Notes: a model not told the origin generated them from the sequence alone. DNA of 47,304 bases from an uncultured Planctomycetaceae bacterium (GCA_964576215.1 CAZNVM010000142.1:1-47304), one strand, 5' to 3'; counted from the stretch's first letter, positions 1 through 8,957 are shown. Translations and numbers: made by a program.

Positions 1-154
1 CCGTGCATGTGATATAATAGCGTAGCGGACATGATTTACTCCTTTCAAAGAAAATGTATGGTAACTCCTTCTATGAAAGCAACTTGTCCGCGTTTTTCAA
101 TAACCTATGGGAAGGTACGCACTTTCCCGATGAACCAAAAAAATCGTTAAATTA

Positions 155-183
155 TTGATAATACCGTGAAACTTGGATAGAAT
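155..183 (+). promoter_or_regulatory. candidate sigma70-type promoter (TTGATA-N17-TAGAAT) for the GxxExxY gene
   Basis: TTGATA at 155-160, a 17-nt spacer and TAGAAT at 178-183. GGAGGA at 209-214 lies 8 nt before the TTG start at 223. Confidence 0.35.
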
Positions 184-222
184 GGGAGTGTAATAGCAAT
201 ATTTCTCTGGAGGAATCAAAAT

Positions 223-606
223 TTGACTGAAAATGAAATTGGCACTATCGTCGTTGACACCGTGATCCATTTGCACCAGGATTTGGGGCCAGGTTTGTTG
301 GAGTCGGTTTATGAGGCGATTCTTTCAAGGCGTCTCGCAAAGCGAGGTATTCGTGTTCAACGACAAGTCAGTATCCCAATCGAATTCGATGGAGAGCGAT
401 TCGACGAAGGTTTTCGCGCGGACATCATCGTCGAAGGAAAAGTTATTCTCGAACTGAAATCAGTGGAAAAACTCAACCCTGTTCACAAAAAACAATTGCT
501 CACTTACCTGAAATTAACCGGAATGAAACTTGGCTTTGTGTTGAACTTCGGTGAGGAGTTGATGAAAACTGGCATCGTCAGAACCATTAACGGCCATTTG
601 GATTAA
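223..606 (+). CDS. GxxExxY family protein (PD-(D/E)XK nuclease-like)
   Basis: 127-aa ORF with the signature G-L-L-E-S-V-Y (GxxExxY) near the N-terminus and the D...ELK core typical of this family. TTG start preceded by an SD-like site. Confidence 0.8.
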   Translation: MTENEIGTIVVDTVIHLHQDLGPGLLESVYEAILSRRLAKRGIRVQRQVSIPIEFDGERFDEGFRADIIVEGKVILELKSVEKLNPVHKKQLLTYLKLTGMKLGFVLNFGEELMKTGIVRTINGHLD

Positions 607-614
607 TTTTATTT

Positions 615-686
615 TCTCACAAAGGCACGAAGACGCAAAGAAAAGTTTGAAATCCAACTCCTTTGCGTCTTCGCGCCTTTGTGAGA
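615..686. repeat. long inverted repeat / hairpin (about 25-bp stem, 20-nt loop)
   Basis: tctcacaaaggcAcgaagacgcaaag (615-640) pairs with ctttgcgtcttcgCgcctttgtgaga (661-686) with one mismatch. The hairpin is flanked by a T-rich run on the left and an A-run on the right. Confidence 0.8.
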
Positions 687-715
687 GAAAAAAAACGTTT
701 TAAGTAAAAAGCACA

Positions 716-2158
716 ATGTCGTATGAAGTCGTCATGGGCCTGGAGGTTCACGTGGAACTGGCCACCGAATCGAAGCTGTTTTGCGGGTGCTCTGCCAAGT
801 TCGGGGCGGAGGCGAATGAGAATGTTTGTCCCGCTTGTGCCGGGATGCCGGGGATGCTGGCGGTGCTTAACAAGAAAGCGGTGGAACTGGGGATCGCCGC
901 CGGAATTGTTACCAACAGCGAAATTACGCCGAAAATCACGTTCGATAAAAAGAATTATTTTTACCCCGACCTGCCGGCCGGGTATCAGATCACCCAGTGG
1001 TTTGCCCCGATCTGCCGGAACGGTTGGGTGGAGATCGAAACCGAAGCGGACAAAAAAAGGATCACCCTCAAGCAGATTCATATCGAGGAAGACGCGGGGA
1101 AGTTGGTGCATGACACCAGGTCCGGAACGTCGCTGGTAGACTTTAACCGGACCTCGGTGCCGCTGGTGGAGATTGTGAGCAACCCGGACTTCCGGACGGC
1201 GGCGGAGGTGGTCGCTTACCTGGAAAAGTTGCGGTCGCTGTTGAGTTTTGCGGGCATTTCCGACTGCAAAATGCAGGAAGGGTCCATGCGGTGCGACGTG
1301 AATCTCTCCGTCCGCCCGGTCGGTTCGGACAAGCTGGGAACCCGCACCGAGATGAAGAACATGAACTCGCTTAAAGCGATTGCCGCCGCGATTGCTTACG
1401 AGTCGCAACGGCATATTGACGCCCTGGAAACGAAAAGCGAGGTTTTAGTACAGGAAACCCGTGGTTGGAATGACACCAAGGGGGAAACCTTTTCCATGCG
1501 AGGCAAGGAAGACGCGACCGACTACCGGTACTTCCCCAACCCGGAGATTATGCCGGTTGTGATCGACGCAAAGTGGATTGACACCATTCGAGCGTCATTA
1601 CCCGAAACGGCGGACGCCAAGTTTCAGCGGTTGACGCAGGAGTTGAGCTTGTCGGAATATGACACCAAAATCATCACCGGCAGTCAAAGGCTTTCCCGTA
1701 TTTTTGACGAAGCGACGCGGCACTTCAACAAGCCGAAGGAGGTCGCCAACTGGATCATCGTCGAACTGCTCGCCATTGCCAAAGGGGACAACAAAGGGGA
1801 GGACGATATTGAGATCGATTGCCAAAAGTTTGCCAAGCTGATGGAACTGGTGGACCGCAAGACGATCAACCGCAACGTGGGGAAAAAGTTGCTTGCGTTG
1901 GTGCTCAAGGAAAACATTGATCCTGCCCTCCACGTCGAGGAGAACAAGCTCGGCATGGTCAGCGATACCGAAGCGATCCGTGAAGCCGTTCAGACGGTTT
2001 TGTCGGAAAATCCGAAGTCGGTCAACGATTACAAAAGCGGCAACCAAAAAGCAATCGGGTTCCTTGTCGGTCAAATTATGAAAAAACTGGGCGGAAAAGC
2101 GGACCCACAGATTGTCAATCGTCTGCTTGTCGAAAACCTCGCCGGACCGCCCTTTTAG
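716..2158 (+). CDS. gatB: Asp-tRNA(Asn)/Glu-tRNA(Gln) amidotransferase subunit B
   Basis: 480-aa ORF. The N-terminus MSYEVVMGLEVHVEL...KLFCGC...CPVC-like motif and the C-terminal YqeY-like tail (GFLVGQIMKKLGGKADP) are characteristic of GatB. Confidence 0.95.
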   Translation: MSYEVVMGLEVHVELATESKLFCGCSAKFGAEANENVCPACAGMPGMLAVLNKKAVELGIAAGIVTNSEITPKITFDKKNYFYPDLPAGYQITQWFAPICRNGWVEIETEADKKRITLKQIHIEEDAGKLVHDTRSGTSLVDFNRTSVPLVEIVSNPDFRTAAEVVAYLEKLRSLLSFAGISDCKMQEGSMRCDVNLSVRPVGSDKLGTRTEMKNMNSLKAIAAAIAYESQRHIDALETKSEVLVQETRGWNDTKGETFSMRGKEDATDYRYFPNPEIMPVVIDAKWIDTIRASLPETADAKFQRLTQELSLSEYDTKIITGSQRLSRIFDEATRHFNKPKEVANWIIVELLAIAKGDNKGEDDIEIDCQKFAKLMELVDRKTINRNVGKKLLALVLKENIDPALHVEENKLGMVSDTEAIREAVQTVLSENPKSVNDYKSGNQKAIGFLVGQIMKKLGGKADPQIVNRLLVENLAGPPF

Positions 2159-2180
2159 CCGGTACGCCGCGTTCCCGTCA

Positions 2181-3350
2181 TCAACGGGGAAGCGTAATTT
2201 CGAGCGGTTGATTCACCCCGACACGCCAGTTGCTCACAGTGAGTTTATTCATGCTGTCGCTTCGATAAATCGTGATTTTTCCTTGCGGAGGAAGTTCGCA
2301 AACCACTCCCCCGGCCTGGACTTGGCACGGAATATCACTTTTGTTCACCAGTACCAAAAGTCCCGGTTTTGAGGTCATTGTAACACACGCCTTGAACAGC
2401 TTTTCAAGCCATTCCTGACGTCCGATCACCATTCCCGCCGCAAACGCAATCGTACGCTTGGCAAAAAACGCTTCCCGGACGGAATCGTAACTACGCTCTT
2501 TCGCAAGAATCAGCGTCATGGGCCGAAGCGGATTCTGGTATCCGTATCTGTCCCACTCGCTTGGGTGGATGTCGCTGTCGCCCATCATTGCAAGGTCCCG
2601 CTCAATACACCACTGCATCGCGACAGGATAGAACGAAAATCCGTTGAAAACTTCGACGCCGTGCAGGTGTCCTTTTTGGTAAATCTCTTCATGCTCGTCC
2701 GTGAAACGCATCGGCCCATCGGGAAACCCGAAATTCGGATTCACCGCACCGGGATGATTCCACTGTATGAAAGCTCCCTGTTCGACCGCGACGGCAATCA
2801 TTTGTCGCCAGTCGTCCACAACGGCGGCAACCGGATTGGCGTCTTTGAGAAAGAGGGCGTTGAAATGTCCCGGCGGCATACGTTTGGTGATTTCCACCGC
2901 ACGCACCAGAATCAGGTTCTTTTCGTCCGCCACCGGCTTTGCGAGATCGTAAGCGATGTTGTAATCGTCGTTTTTATCGAGTAGCTTGATCCCTGTACCA
3001 TTACCGCCAAAATGCGGACGGTATTCGACGTGATCGGTGATGGCGATGACGTCAAGCCCGTTATCGACCGCCTCGGCAACGCGGTCTTTCGGCAAGACCA
3101 CACCATCGGAAAAAACGGTGTGAATATGGAAATCCCCTTTCAACACCTTGTATTCCCCCACATCGGGAATGGTAATGACACGAGGCGGTTTTTTTTTCGG
3201 AAGGACCTCTCCAAACTGAACGGTAAACGAACCGTCGGGCGGTGGACTCGCAGCCGGTTCGTTCTGCCCGAAAGCAAACGAAAACGAGGTTACGACAACG
3301 GCTCCAAGCAAAGCCAACTGTTTCAAAAAATGACGGCAATCAAAAAACAT
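2181..3350 (-). CDS. secreted PHP-domain metallophosphoesterase
   Basis: 389-aa ORF with an N-terminal hydrophobic signal and a PHP motif (GDFHIHTVFSDG ... ITDH). Convergent with gatB, with a 22-nt gap. Confidence 0.75.
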   Translation of the reverse strand: MFFDCRHFLKQLALLGAVVVTSFSFAFGQNEPAASPPPDGSFTVQFGEVLPKKKPPRVITIPDVGEYKVLKGDFHIHTVFSDGVVLPKDRVAEAVDNGLDVIAITDHVEYRPHFGGNGTGIKLLDKNDDYNIAYDLAKPVADEKNLILVRAVEITKRMPPGHFNALFLKDANPVAAVVDDWRQMIAVAVEQGAFIQWNHPGAVNPNFGFPDGPMRFTDEHEEIYQKGHLHGVEVFNGFSFYPVAMQWCIERDLAMMGDSDIHPSEWDRYGYQNPLRPMTLILAKERSYDSVREAFFAKRTIAFAAGMVIGRQEWLEKLFKACVTMTSKPGLLVLVNKSDIPCQVQAGGVVCELPPQGKITIYRSDSMNKLTVSNWRVGVNQPLEITLPR

Positions 3351-3552
3351 GGTAATTGAGTGGTTGGAAGATTCATTTCATGGCGTTGGCGGGACCTGAC
3401 CGCCAAACGCAACAGCCAAGAGTATAACAGAAACCATCGGACCGGGCAATAAGATGGGTTTTTATTCGGCGGTGGAAAAAGAATAACAGAGCCGCACTCG
3501 TAAGATTGCGAGAAAACCAACGCAATATTACGACTGCGGCTCTGTTAATTCA

Positions 3553-4779
3553 TTACCGTCCAATTACCAAACAGGCGTTATGTCCGCCGAAGCCGAAGCT
3601 GTTGGTAATGGCGATGGAGCACTTCTTTTCTCTGGCGACCAGCGGCGTGTAGTCCAAATCGCACGCCGGGTCCGGGTTTTCCAGGTTGATCGTCGGCGGT
3701 ATGACACCATCCCGGAGCGTCAGGAGCGTCAAAATCGCCGCGACCCCGGCACTGCCGCCGAGGAGGTGTCCCATCTGGCTTTTGGTACTGGAAATCGGTA
3801 TCTTTTTCGCCAAGTCCCCAAACGCCAGCTTGATCGCCGCCGTCTCCGCCAGATCGCCAAGCGTGGTGCTGGTGCCATGAGCGTTGATGTAATCGATTTT
3901 GGCCGCATCGACCCTGGCGTCATTCAAAGCAAGCGTCATCGCCCTTGCCGCTTCAAGCCCTTGTTCGTCTGGCTGCGTAATGTGCGTTCCGTCGGAAGTG
4001 ACACCGGCACCGAGGATTTCGCCGAGAATTGCGGCACCACGGGCTCTGGCGTGTTCCTCGGATTCCAGTACGAGAATTCCCGCTCCCTCGGAAATGACGA
4101 ACCCGTCCCGGTCCTTGTCAAACGGACGGCTGGCCCGCTGCGGATCGTCGTTTCGTTCGGACAATGCCCGCATGGCACAAAATCCGGACATTCCCAGTTT
4201 GGTCAGAGCCGCTTCGGTACCGCCGGTGATGACGACATCGACGGCACCACGGCGAATCAGACCGATGGCGTCACGGATCGCATTGGCCCCGCTGGCACAA
4301 GCGGTGGACACGGCGTAAGACGGACCGGTCAGTTGATATTGGATCGAGACCTGCCCGGCGGCGGCGTTCGGCATGATCTTGGGGATCGTGAACGGTGACA
4401 CCCTTGACGGTCCCTTGTCGATGAGCTTCTGGTGTTGCACCTCGATTTCGGCCAATCCGCCGACACCGCTTCCGATGATCGAGGCGCAACGGCTCCGGTC
4501 TTCTTTCGTGAAATCGAGGCCGGACAGCTTGACCGCTTCCATCGCGGCAACGACGGCGTACTGGACGAAACGGTCGATTCGCTTTGCCTCATGCGGGTCC
4601 ATGTAACCGTCGGTGGTGAAGTCAAGGCATTCTCCGCCGATTTTCGAACGAAAAACCATCAAAGATTCCTCGGAAATCGGGCGGATGCCGCTTTCGCCTT
4701 CGCAAACCTTCTTCCAAACCTGCTCGACCTGACAGCCAAGCGGCGTAACCAAACCAATCCCTGTTATAACGGTACGCAT
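3553..4779 (-). CDS. fabF: beta-ketoacyl-ACP synthase II
   Basis: 408-aa ORF with RVVITGxG-type N-terminus, active-site ACASG, HGTST and NSFGFGGHN motifs. Lies downstream of acpP. Confidence 0.95.
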   Translation of the reverse strand: MRTVITGIGLVTPLGCQVEQVWKKVCEGESGIRPISEESLMVFRSKIGGECLDFTTDGYMDPHEAKRIDRFVQYAVVAAMEAVKLSGLDFTKEDRSRCASIIGSGVGGLAEIEVQHQKLIDKGPSRVSPFTIPKIMPNAAAGQVSIQYQLTGPSYAVSTACASGANAIRDAIGLIRRGAVDVVITGGTEAALTKLGMSGFCAMRALSERNDDPQRASRPFDKDRDGFVISEGAGILVLESEEHARARGAAILGEILGAGVTSDGTHITQPDEQGLEAARAMTLALNDARVDAAKIDYINAHGTSTTLGDLAETAAIKLAFGDLAKKIPISSTKSQMGHLLGGSAGVAAILTLLTLRDGVIPPTINLENPDPACDLDYTPLVAREKKCSIAITNSFGFGGHNACLVIGR

Positions 4780-4786
4780 AGTTTTT

Positions 4787-5038
4787 AATTACGAATTACG
4801 AATTACTTGTACTCAAACCGTAAACAGATGGTAACTCAAAACAGTAGAGGAAATAGGAAATAGGGTAAAAAAAGTCTCTCCTATTTCCTATTTCCAATTT
4901 CCGATTTCCTTAATTTTCAACACTTTTTCCGATTTCATAACCAATCCGTTTACACTATGAGCTTGTAAATTACGAATTACGAATTGCGAATTACGGGCTT
5001 ATGTCCCGGTTCGTAATTCGTAATTCGTAATTCGTAAT
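4787..5038. repeat. composite intergenic repeat: AATTACG heptamer run, module X, GGAAATA hairpin, module Y, AATTACG/CGTAATT hairpin
   Basis: Read directly: aattacg x3 (4787-4806); module X 4807-4845; hairpin ggaaataggaaatagg...cctatttcctatttcc (4846-4895); module Y 4910-4965; hairpin aattacgaattacgaattgcgaattacgg...ccggttcgtaattcgtaattcgtaattcgtaat (4967-5038). Confidence 0.9.
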
Positions 5039-5280
5039 CATTTCGCTTCGACTGCCTTGGTGATATGTTCGACGACCTGGCCGACGGTGGTGATGTTTTG
5101 TGCGTCTTCTTCGACGATGTCGATGTCGAACTCGTCCTCAAACGCGATCATCAGCTCGGCAATGTCGAGCGAATCCGCTCCGAGATCGTTGGCAATGTCC
5201 GTCTTGTCCGTCACCGATTCCTTGTTGACACCAAGTTGATCGGCAATAATACTGGTAACTCTTTCTTGAATGGAAGCCAT
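5038..5280 (-). CDS. acpP: acyl carrier protein
   Basis: 80-aa ORF with the phosphopantetheine attachment motif LGADSLD. Lies between fabG and fabF. Confidence 0.95.
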   Translation of the reverse strand: MASIQERVTSIIADQLGVNKESVTDKTDIANDLGADSLDIAELMIAFEDEFDIDIVEEDAQNITTVGQVVEHITKAVEAK

Positions 5281-5288
5281 AGTTTTTT

Positions 5289-5378
5289 AAATGAGAAATG
5301 AGAAATGAAAAATGAGAAAGTCGGAAATGAGAAAAGAGAAAAATAATTTCTCATTTCTCATTTCACATTTCTCATTTA
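5289..5378. repeat. heptamer-repeat hairpin (GAGAAAT units)
   Basis: aaatgagaaatgagaaatgaaaaatgagaaag ... atttctcatttctcatttcacatttctcattt. The right arm overlaps the fabG stop codon (5376-5378). Confidence 0.9.
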
Positions 5379-6125
5379 AACTGTGAGTCCTCCGTCGACG
5401 ACCAACGTTTGGCCGGTGATGAAGGATGCCTGTTCGCTTGCGAGAAACAAGACGGCGTTGGCGACGTCAATCGGTTGACCGAGCCGTCCGACGGGCGTTT
5501 TGTCTTTCGCTCCCGCCAAAATCAGCGGGTCAAGTTTTGCGGTCATGTCCGTCTCAATAAAGCCGGGCGCAACCGCATTGACGGTGATGTTCCGGTTCGC
5601 CAGTTCCAGGGCGACCGTTTTCGTAAAAGCGATCAAACCCGCTTTCGAGGCACAATAATTCGCCTGGCCCCGATTGCCGATCAGTCCGCTCACGCTGGAA
5701 ATGTTGATGATTCGACCGTATTTCGCTTTCCGCATCGGCTCGGTCAAAGCCCGGGTCATCAGGAACGTTCCCCGCAAATTGACGGCGATCACGCTGTCCC
5801 ACTGCTCGTCGGTCATACGCCGCAAAAGCATATCCTGGGTGACACCGGCGTTGTTGACGAGGATATCGACCTTTTGAAATTTCTCCAAAATCTCCTTAAC
5901 CGTTTTTTCAACGGCGTCCGTAATCGTGATATTGACGGGAAACGGTTCCGCATCGCCGCCGCTGGAGCGGATGCCATCGACAACTTGCGCAAGCAGTTCG
6001 ACATTGGTGCCAATACAGGCCACCTTCGCCCCGCGTGTGGCCAGACATTGAGCAATGGAAAGTCCAATCCCCCGGGTTGCCCCGGTCACAACGGCCGTCC
6101 GGCCAGTTAGGTCTACTTGTAACAT
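5376..6125 (-). CDS. fabG: 3-oxoacyl-ACP reductase
   Basis: 249-aa SDR with TGATRGIG cofactor motif and YxxxK (YCASKAG). Located in the fab cluster. Confidence 0.95.
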   Translation of the reverse strand: MLQVDLTGRTAVVTGATRGIGLSIAQCLATRGAKVACIGTNVELLAQVVDGIRSSGGDAEPFPVNITITDAVEKTVKEILEKFQKVDILVNNAGVTQDMLLRRMTDEQWDSVIAVNLRGTFLMTRALTEPMRKAKYGRIINISSVSGLIGNRGQANYCASKAGLIAFTKTVALELANRNITVNAVAPGFIETDMTAKLDPLILAGAKDKTPVGRLGQPIDVANAVLFLASEQASFITGQTLVVDGGLTV

Positions 6126-6134
6126 CTTTATTTT

Positions 6135-6229
6135 AAATGAAAAATGAAAAATAAAAAATGAAAAATAGGGAAAAGGAACATGAAAAAAATCGTTTACGCA
6201 AGATATTTTTCATTTTTTATTTTTCATTT
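6135..6229. repeat. heptamer-repeat hairpin (TGAAAAA units)
   Basis: aaatgaaaaatgaaaaataaaaaatgaaaaatagg ... atatttttcattttttatttttcattt. The loop contains cgtttacg. Confidence 0.9.
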
Positions 6230-6235
6230 GTTTGA

Positions 6236-6472
6236 TTATCTGCTTTCAAGGTAGAGCGTATCGGGACAAAAATCCTGGCCATCGGGCCATTCGACGGTGC
6301 CGGACACAGGGCGAACTTTCGCAAAGTACACCGGATCGCCCAGCGGCTTGAAAAAATCGTACCGAAAGTGCGGCTTCGCATCAAAAAACCGCACCTCTCC
6401 GTTCTCAAAAGTCAATCTTAACACAAAATTTTCCAGCGGCTCCACTTCGCAAACAGCCGGATTCATTTGCAT
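6236..6472 (-). CDS. DUF2442-like small protein
   Basis: 78-aa ORF. The pattern (...L.L.F.NGE...FD........F..L.D...F..V......V.WP.G.D..PD.LY) matches my recollection of DUF2442. Confidence 0.65.
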   Translation of the reverse strand: MQMNPAVCEVEPLENFVLRLTFENGEVRFFDAKPHFRYDFFKPLGDPVYFAKVRPVSGTVEWPDGQDFCPDTLYLESR

Positions 6473-6498
6473 TTTTGGCTTTGTTCTTTTCAGCTTAC

Positions 6499-6810
6499 CT
6501 ATTCTATTTCACGAAAAAATTTATGGGAAAGTTGTCTGGCCGCATGAACGACGGCAACAACCTGAATTTCGTTTGTTTTTTTAAGGAAACGGTAAATAAT
6601 CCGGTAATTGAAAACATGAATTTCACGATATCGCTTGGCTTTCATTTCCGGGATAAAAGCACCAATTTCGGGAAAATCCAATAATCGGCGTACTGTCCTT
6701 AAAATCTCAGCGACAACTCGTCGCGATTGAAAAGTGGAATTCTGGGCAATGTATTCTCGTATTTCCCTGAGGTGTATTCGAAAAGTTTGAGTGAAATACA
6801 CTTTGATCAC
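6499..6810 (-). CDS. type II toxin, ParE/RelE family
   Basis: 103-aa ORF with ParE-like layout (...IREYIAQNS ... FPEIG ... YREIHVFNYRIIYR ... VVAVVHAAR). GTG start 2 nt after the stop of the upstream small ORF. Confidence 0.75.
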   Translation of the reverse strand: MIKVYFTQTFRIHLREIREYIAQNSTFQSRRVVAEILRTVRRLLDFPEIGAFIPEMKAKRYREIHVFNYRIIYRFLKKTNEIQVVAVVHAARQLSHKFFREIE

Positions 6811-6812
6811 TT

Positions 6813-7064
6813 CTAAAACTCCCCCAAAAACTCTCTTTCTATCTCTTCAAGGGAAACAAATCGTCCGTTTTCAATATCTTCTTCTCCTTTGGCAATTTCA
6901 GTCAAAACGTCAATGTGGTACTGAATCTGTTCCCATGTAGCGTCGTCCGGTAGTCGATTGACGAGGGACTTGACCAAACCTTTCGGGGACTCTACACCTG
7001 TTCGAGGTTTTACGAATGGCTTGGAATCACGCTTGATTTTAGGTTTTGTCAGAGTGGTACTCAT
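6813..7064 (-). CDS. putative type II antitoxin partnered with ParE-like toxin
   Basis: 83-aa ORF immediately upstream of the toxin and nearly abutting it. The family is not recognised with certainty. Confidence 0.55.
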   Translation of the reverse strand: MSTTLTKPKIKRDSKPFVKPRTGVESPKGLVKSLVNRLPDDATWEQIQYHIDVLTEIAKGEEDIENGRFVSLEEIEREFLGEF

Positions 7065-7075
7065 TATTCTTATTC

Positions 7076-7984
7076 TTAAATATCAACGCCTTGACAATCC
7101 ACTTTACGCTCAATCCGTTTGAGCAGTCCCCGGAGGACTCTTCCGGGGCCGATTTCGAAAAATTGGTCGAATTCCCGCTCCAGAAGGTATCGCATGGACT
7201 TTTCCCACTGGACCGGCTGGAGGATTTGCTTCATGAGGATTTGCCGGATTTCGTCAGGGGCCGTATGCGGTTGAGCGTCCACGTTGCTAATCACCGGGAT
7301 TCTTGGCGGCTGTATGGTGATCGCGTCCAGTGCTTCGGCGAGTTTGTCGACCGCCGGCTGCATCAGCGGCGTATGAAACGCCCCGGCGACGGCAAGCGGT
7401 AAGGCCTTCATCGCTCCCGCCGGTCGGGCAAGTTCGGCGACTCGTTCGCAGGCTTCGTTGGTGCCGGAAACGACAATATTGCCCGGACAAAGGATATTGG
7501 CGACCTGCAAAACGCCGGTTCCTCTCGCTTTTTCGCAAAGTTCTTCGACCTGCGGCAGTTCGAGACCAAGGATACTGACCATGCCGCTGGGAACGGCGTC
7601 GGATGCTTCCTGCATCGCTTGGCCCCGCTTTTGGACGAGGCGGAGACCGTCCTCAAACCGGATCGCCCCGGAAAAAACCAGAGCGGTGTATTCGCCGAGA
7701 CTCAAACCGGCGGCGGCTTGGCAATTTTGGAACTTTTGCGGCTCCTGCTCTTTCAAGATTTCCAGGGAAGCGATGCTGACCAGAAAAATCGCCGGTTGGC
7801 TGTGAATTGTGGAATCGAGTTCCTCAGCTGGCCCTTCAAAGCAGAGCCGGGCAATGTCGTAACCAAGCAGATCGTTGGCCTGTTCGAACAGGGCCTTGAC
7901 GGCGGAGCGGGACTGAAAGATTCCGCGTCCCATTCCCACGGTTTGCGCACCCTGACCGGCAAACAAAAAGGCGACCTTACCCAT
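7076..7984 (-). CDS. fabD: malonyl-CoA:ACP transacylase
   Basis: 302-aa ORF with FLFAGQGAQ N-terminus, GLSLGEY active-site serine motif and AFHTPLM. Confidence 0.95.
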   Translation of the reverse strand: MGKVAFLFAGQGAQTVGMGRGIFQSRSAVKALFEQANDLLGYDIARLCFEGPAEELDSTIHSQPAIFLVSIASLEILKEQEPQKFQNCQAAAGLSLGEYTALVFSGAIRFEDGLRLVQKRGQAMQEASDAVPSGMVSILGLELPQVEELCEKARGTGVLQVANILCPGNIVVSGTNEACERVAELARPAGAMKALPLAVAGAFHTPLMQPAVDKLAEALDAITIQPPRIPVISNVDAQPHTAPDEIRQILMKQILQPVQWEKSMRYLLEREFDQFFEIGPGRVLRGLLKRIERKVDCQGVDI

Positions 7985-8049
7985 TGTTTTGAAAAATTGG
8001 AATATACGGTATGACGAGAGTATTCTTCATCCCTGAAGAGTCGGTTAGT

Positions 8050-8226
8050 TTAGTCCATTTCCACGACCTCACGTCCCATGTAGGTGCCGCACTTGGGGCA
8101 GATGACATGGGTGGGGATAGCCGTATTACACTCGGAACAAATCGTGCGTTCGACCGGTTTTTTATGATCGTGCGCCCTCCGGGAACCGGATCTCGCGTTG
8201 CTGTGTTTACGTTTGGGGACCGCCAT
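8050..8226 (-). CDS. rpmF: 50S ribosomal protein L32
   Basis: Hand translation of the minus strand gives MAVPKRKHSNARSGSRRAHDHKKPVERTICSECNTAIPTHVICPKCGTYMGREVVEMD* (58 aa). This is below the track cutoff. It has the canonical MAVPKRK start and a CxxC...CxxC zinc ribbon, and sits upstream of fabD. Confidence 0.9.
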   Translation of the reverse strand: MAVPKRKHSNARSGSRRAHDHKKPVERTICSECNTAIPTHVICPKCGTYMGREVVEMD

Positions 8227-8351
8227 GATAGGAAAGGTTCGTAAGTCTAAAGGGAACTTAATTGAAATATTGGGCGTAAGTGTATCCTTTCTATCGGGAA
8301 AGTCAACGGGGAATTTGAGGAAAATGACAAAATTTTAAGAAATGTCAAATT

Positions 8352-8452
8352 GAGGGTAGAGGATAGAGAACAGAGGATAGAGGTTTAGATGACTATCCTC
8401 TATCCTCTACCCTCTATCCTCTACCCTCTATCCTCTACCCTCTATCCTCTAC
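8352..8452. repeat. heptamer-repeat hairpin (CCTCTAT/CCTCTAC units)
   Basis: gagggtagaggatagagaacagaggatagagg ... tatcctctatcctctaccctctatcctctaccctctatcctctaccctctatcctcta. The right arm is longer than the left. The last unit supplies the TAG stop of the 8449-8946 gene. Confidence 0.9.
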
Positions 8453-8946
8453 ATCGCCGATTCCAGATTCGTGTCAAAACGCACGAGGATCAAATTCCAG
8501 GTGCTGTTGGAACGCGGCGAGCGGTAAAATGTGAATACCCATGACACGGGAGCCTTATCGTGTTTCGTCAGGTACTTCAAGAGTATTACATCTCGCCCGA
8601 CCGGTTTTGCTCCGATTTTTTCGCAACCGTGCAGTTGACCGATTTCCGAACTGGAAAGTTCCATAAATCTTGTGCTCATGTTGTCAACCGCACTGGTCGA
8701 AGTTCTCGGTGTCGAAGAATCTTCCTGAAAAATTTCTTCAAACACCGCCGTCGTTTTCGCCAGGGTGCCGGCTTGTTCCAAATCGCGGAAGAATGTTTCC
8801 ACCCGTCGATCCAGCAACTCTTCCGTACTGGAAACCGTCGATTGCTGAGCGCGAAGTTGCCCAAAAGGAACCAAAAAACGATTCCCCAAAATTGCCAAAA
8901 AAATGGAGAAAACAACGAACAGGAAAATAGAGGATTGTTTTTTCAT
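8449..8946 (-). CDS. hypothetical membrane-anchored or secreted protein
   Basis: The track ORF 8449-9063 begins inside the GATAAGT repeat array (ITYHLSL x4). The plausible start is the ATG at 8946 (MKKQSSIFLFVVFSIFLAILG..., a signal or TM segment). Confidence 0.6.
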   Translation of the reverse strand: MKKQSSIFLFVVFSIFLAILGNRFLVPFGQLRAQQSTVSSTEELLDRRVETFFRDLEQAGTLAKTTAVFEEIFQEDSSTPRTSTSAVDNMSTRFMELSSSEIGQLHGCEKIGAKPVGRDVILLKYLTKHDKAPVSWVFTFYRSPRSNSTWNLILVRFDTNLESAM

Positions 8947-8957
8947 TATGGAAAACA

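Noticed and set aside
617-1414. 265-aa minus-strand ORF opposite gatB. Similar long antisense ORFs lie at 14129-15076, 15098-16003, 17745-18623, 18868-19782, 22985-23797, 25904-26827, 38104-38919 and 39759-40874.
   Set aside because: Each lies opposite a gene with strong family motifs and has an Arg-rich, low-information composition typical of antisense frames in moderately GC-rich DNA.
8011-8244. 77-aa plus-strand ORF in the fabD-upstream gap
   Set aside because: The opposite strand encodes a textbook L32 (MAVPKRK..., zinc ribbon), so the plus-strand ORF is its shadow.
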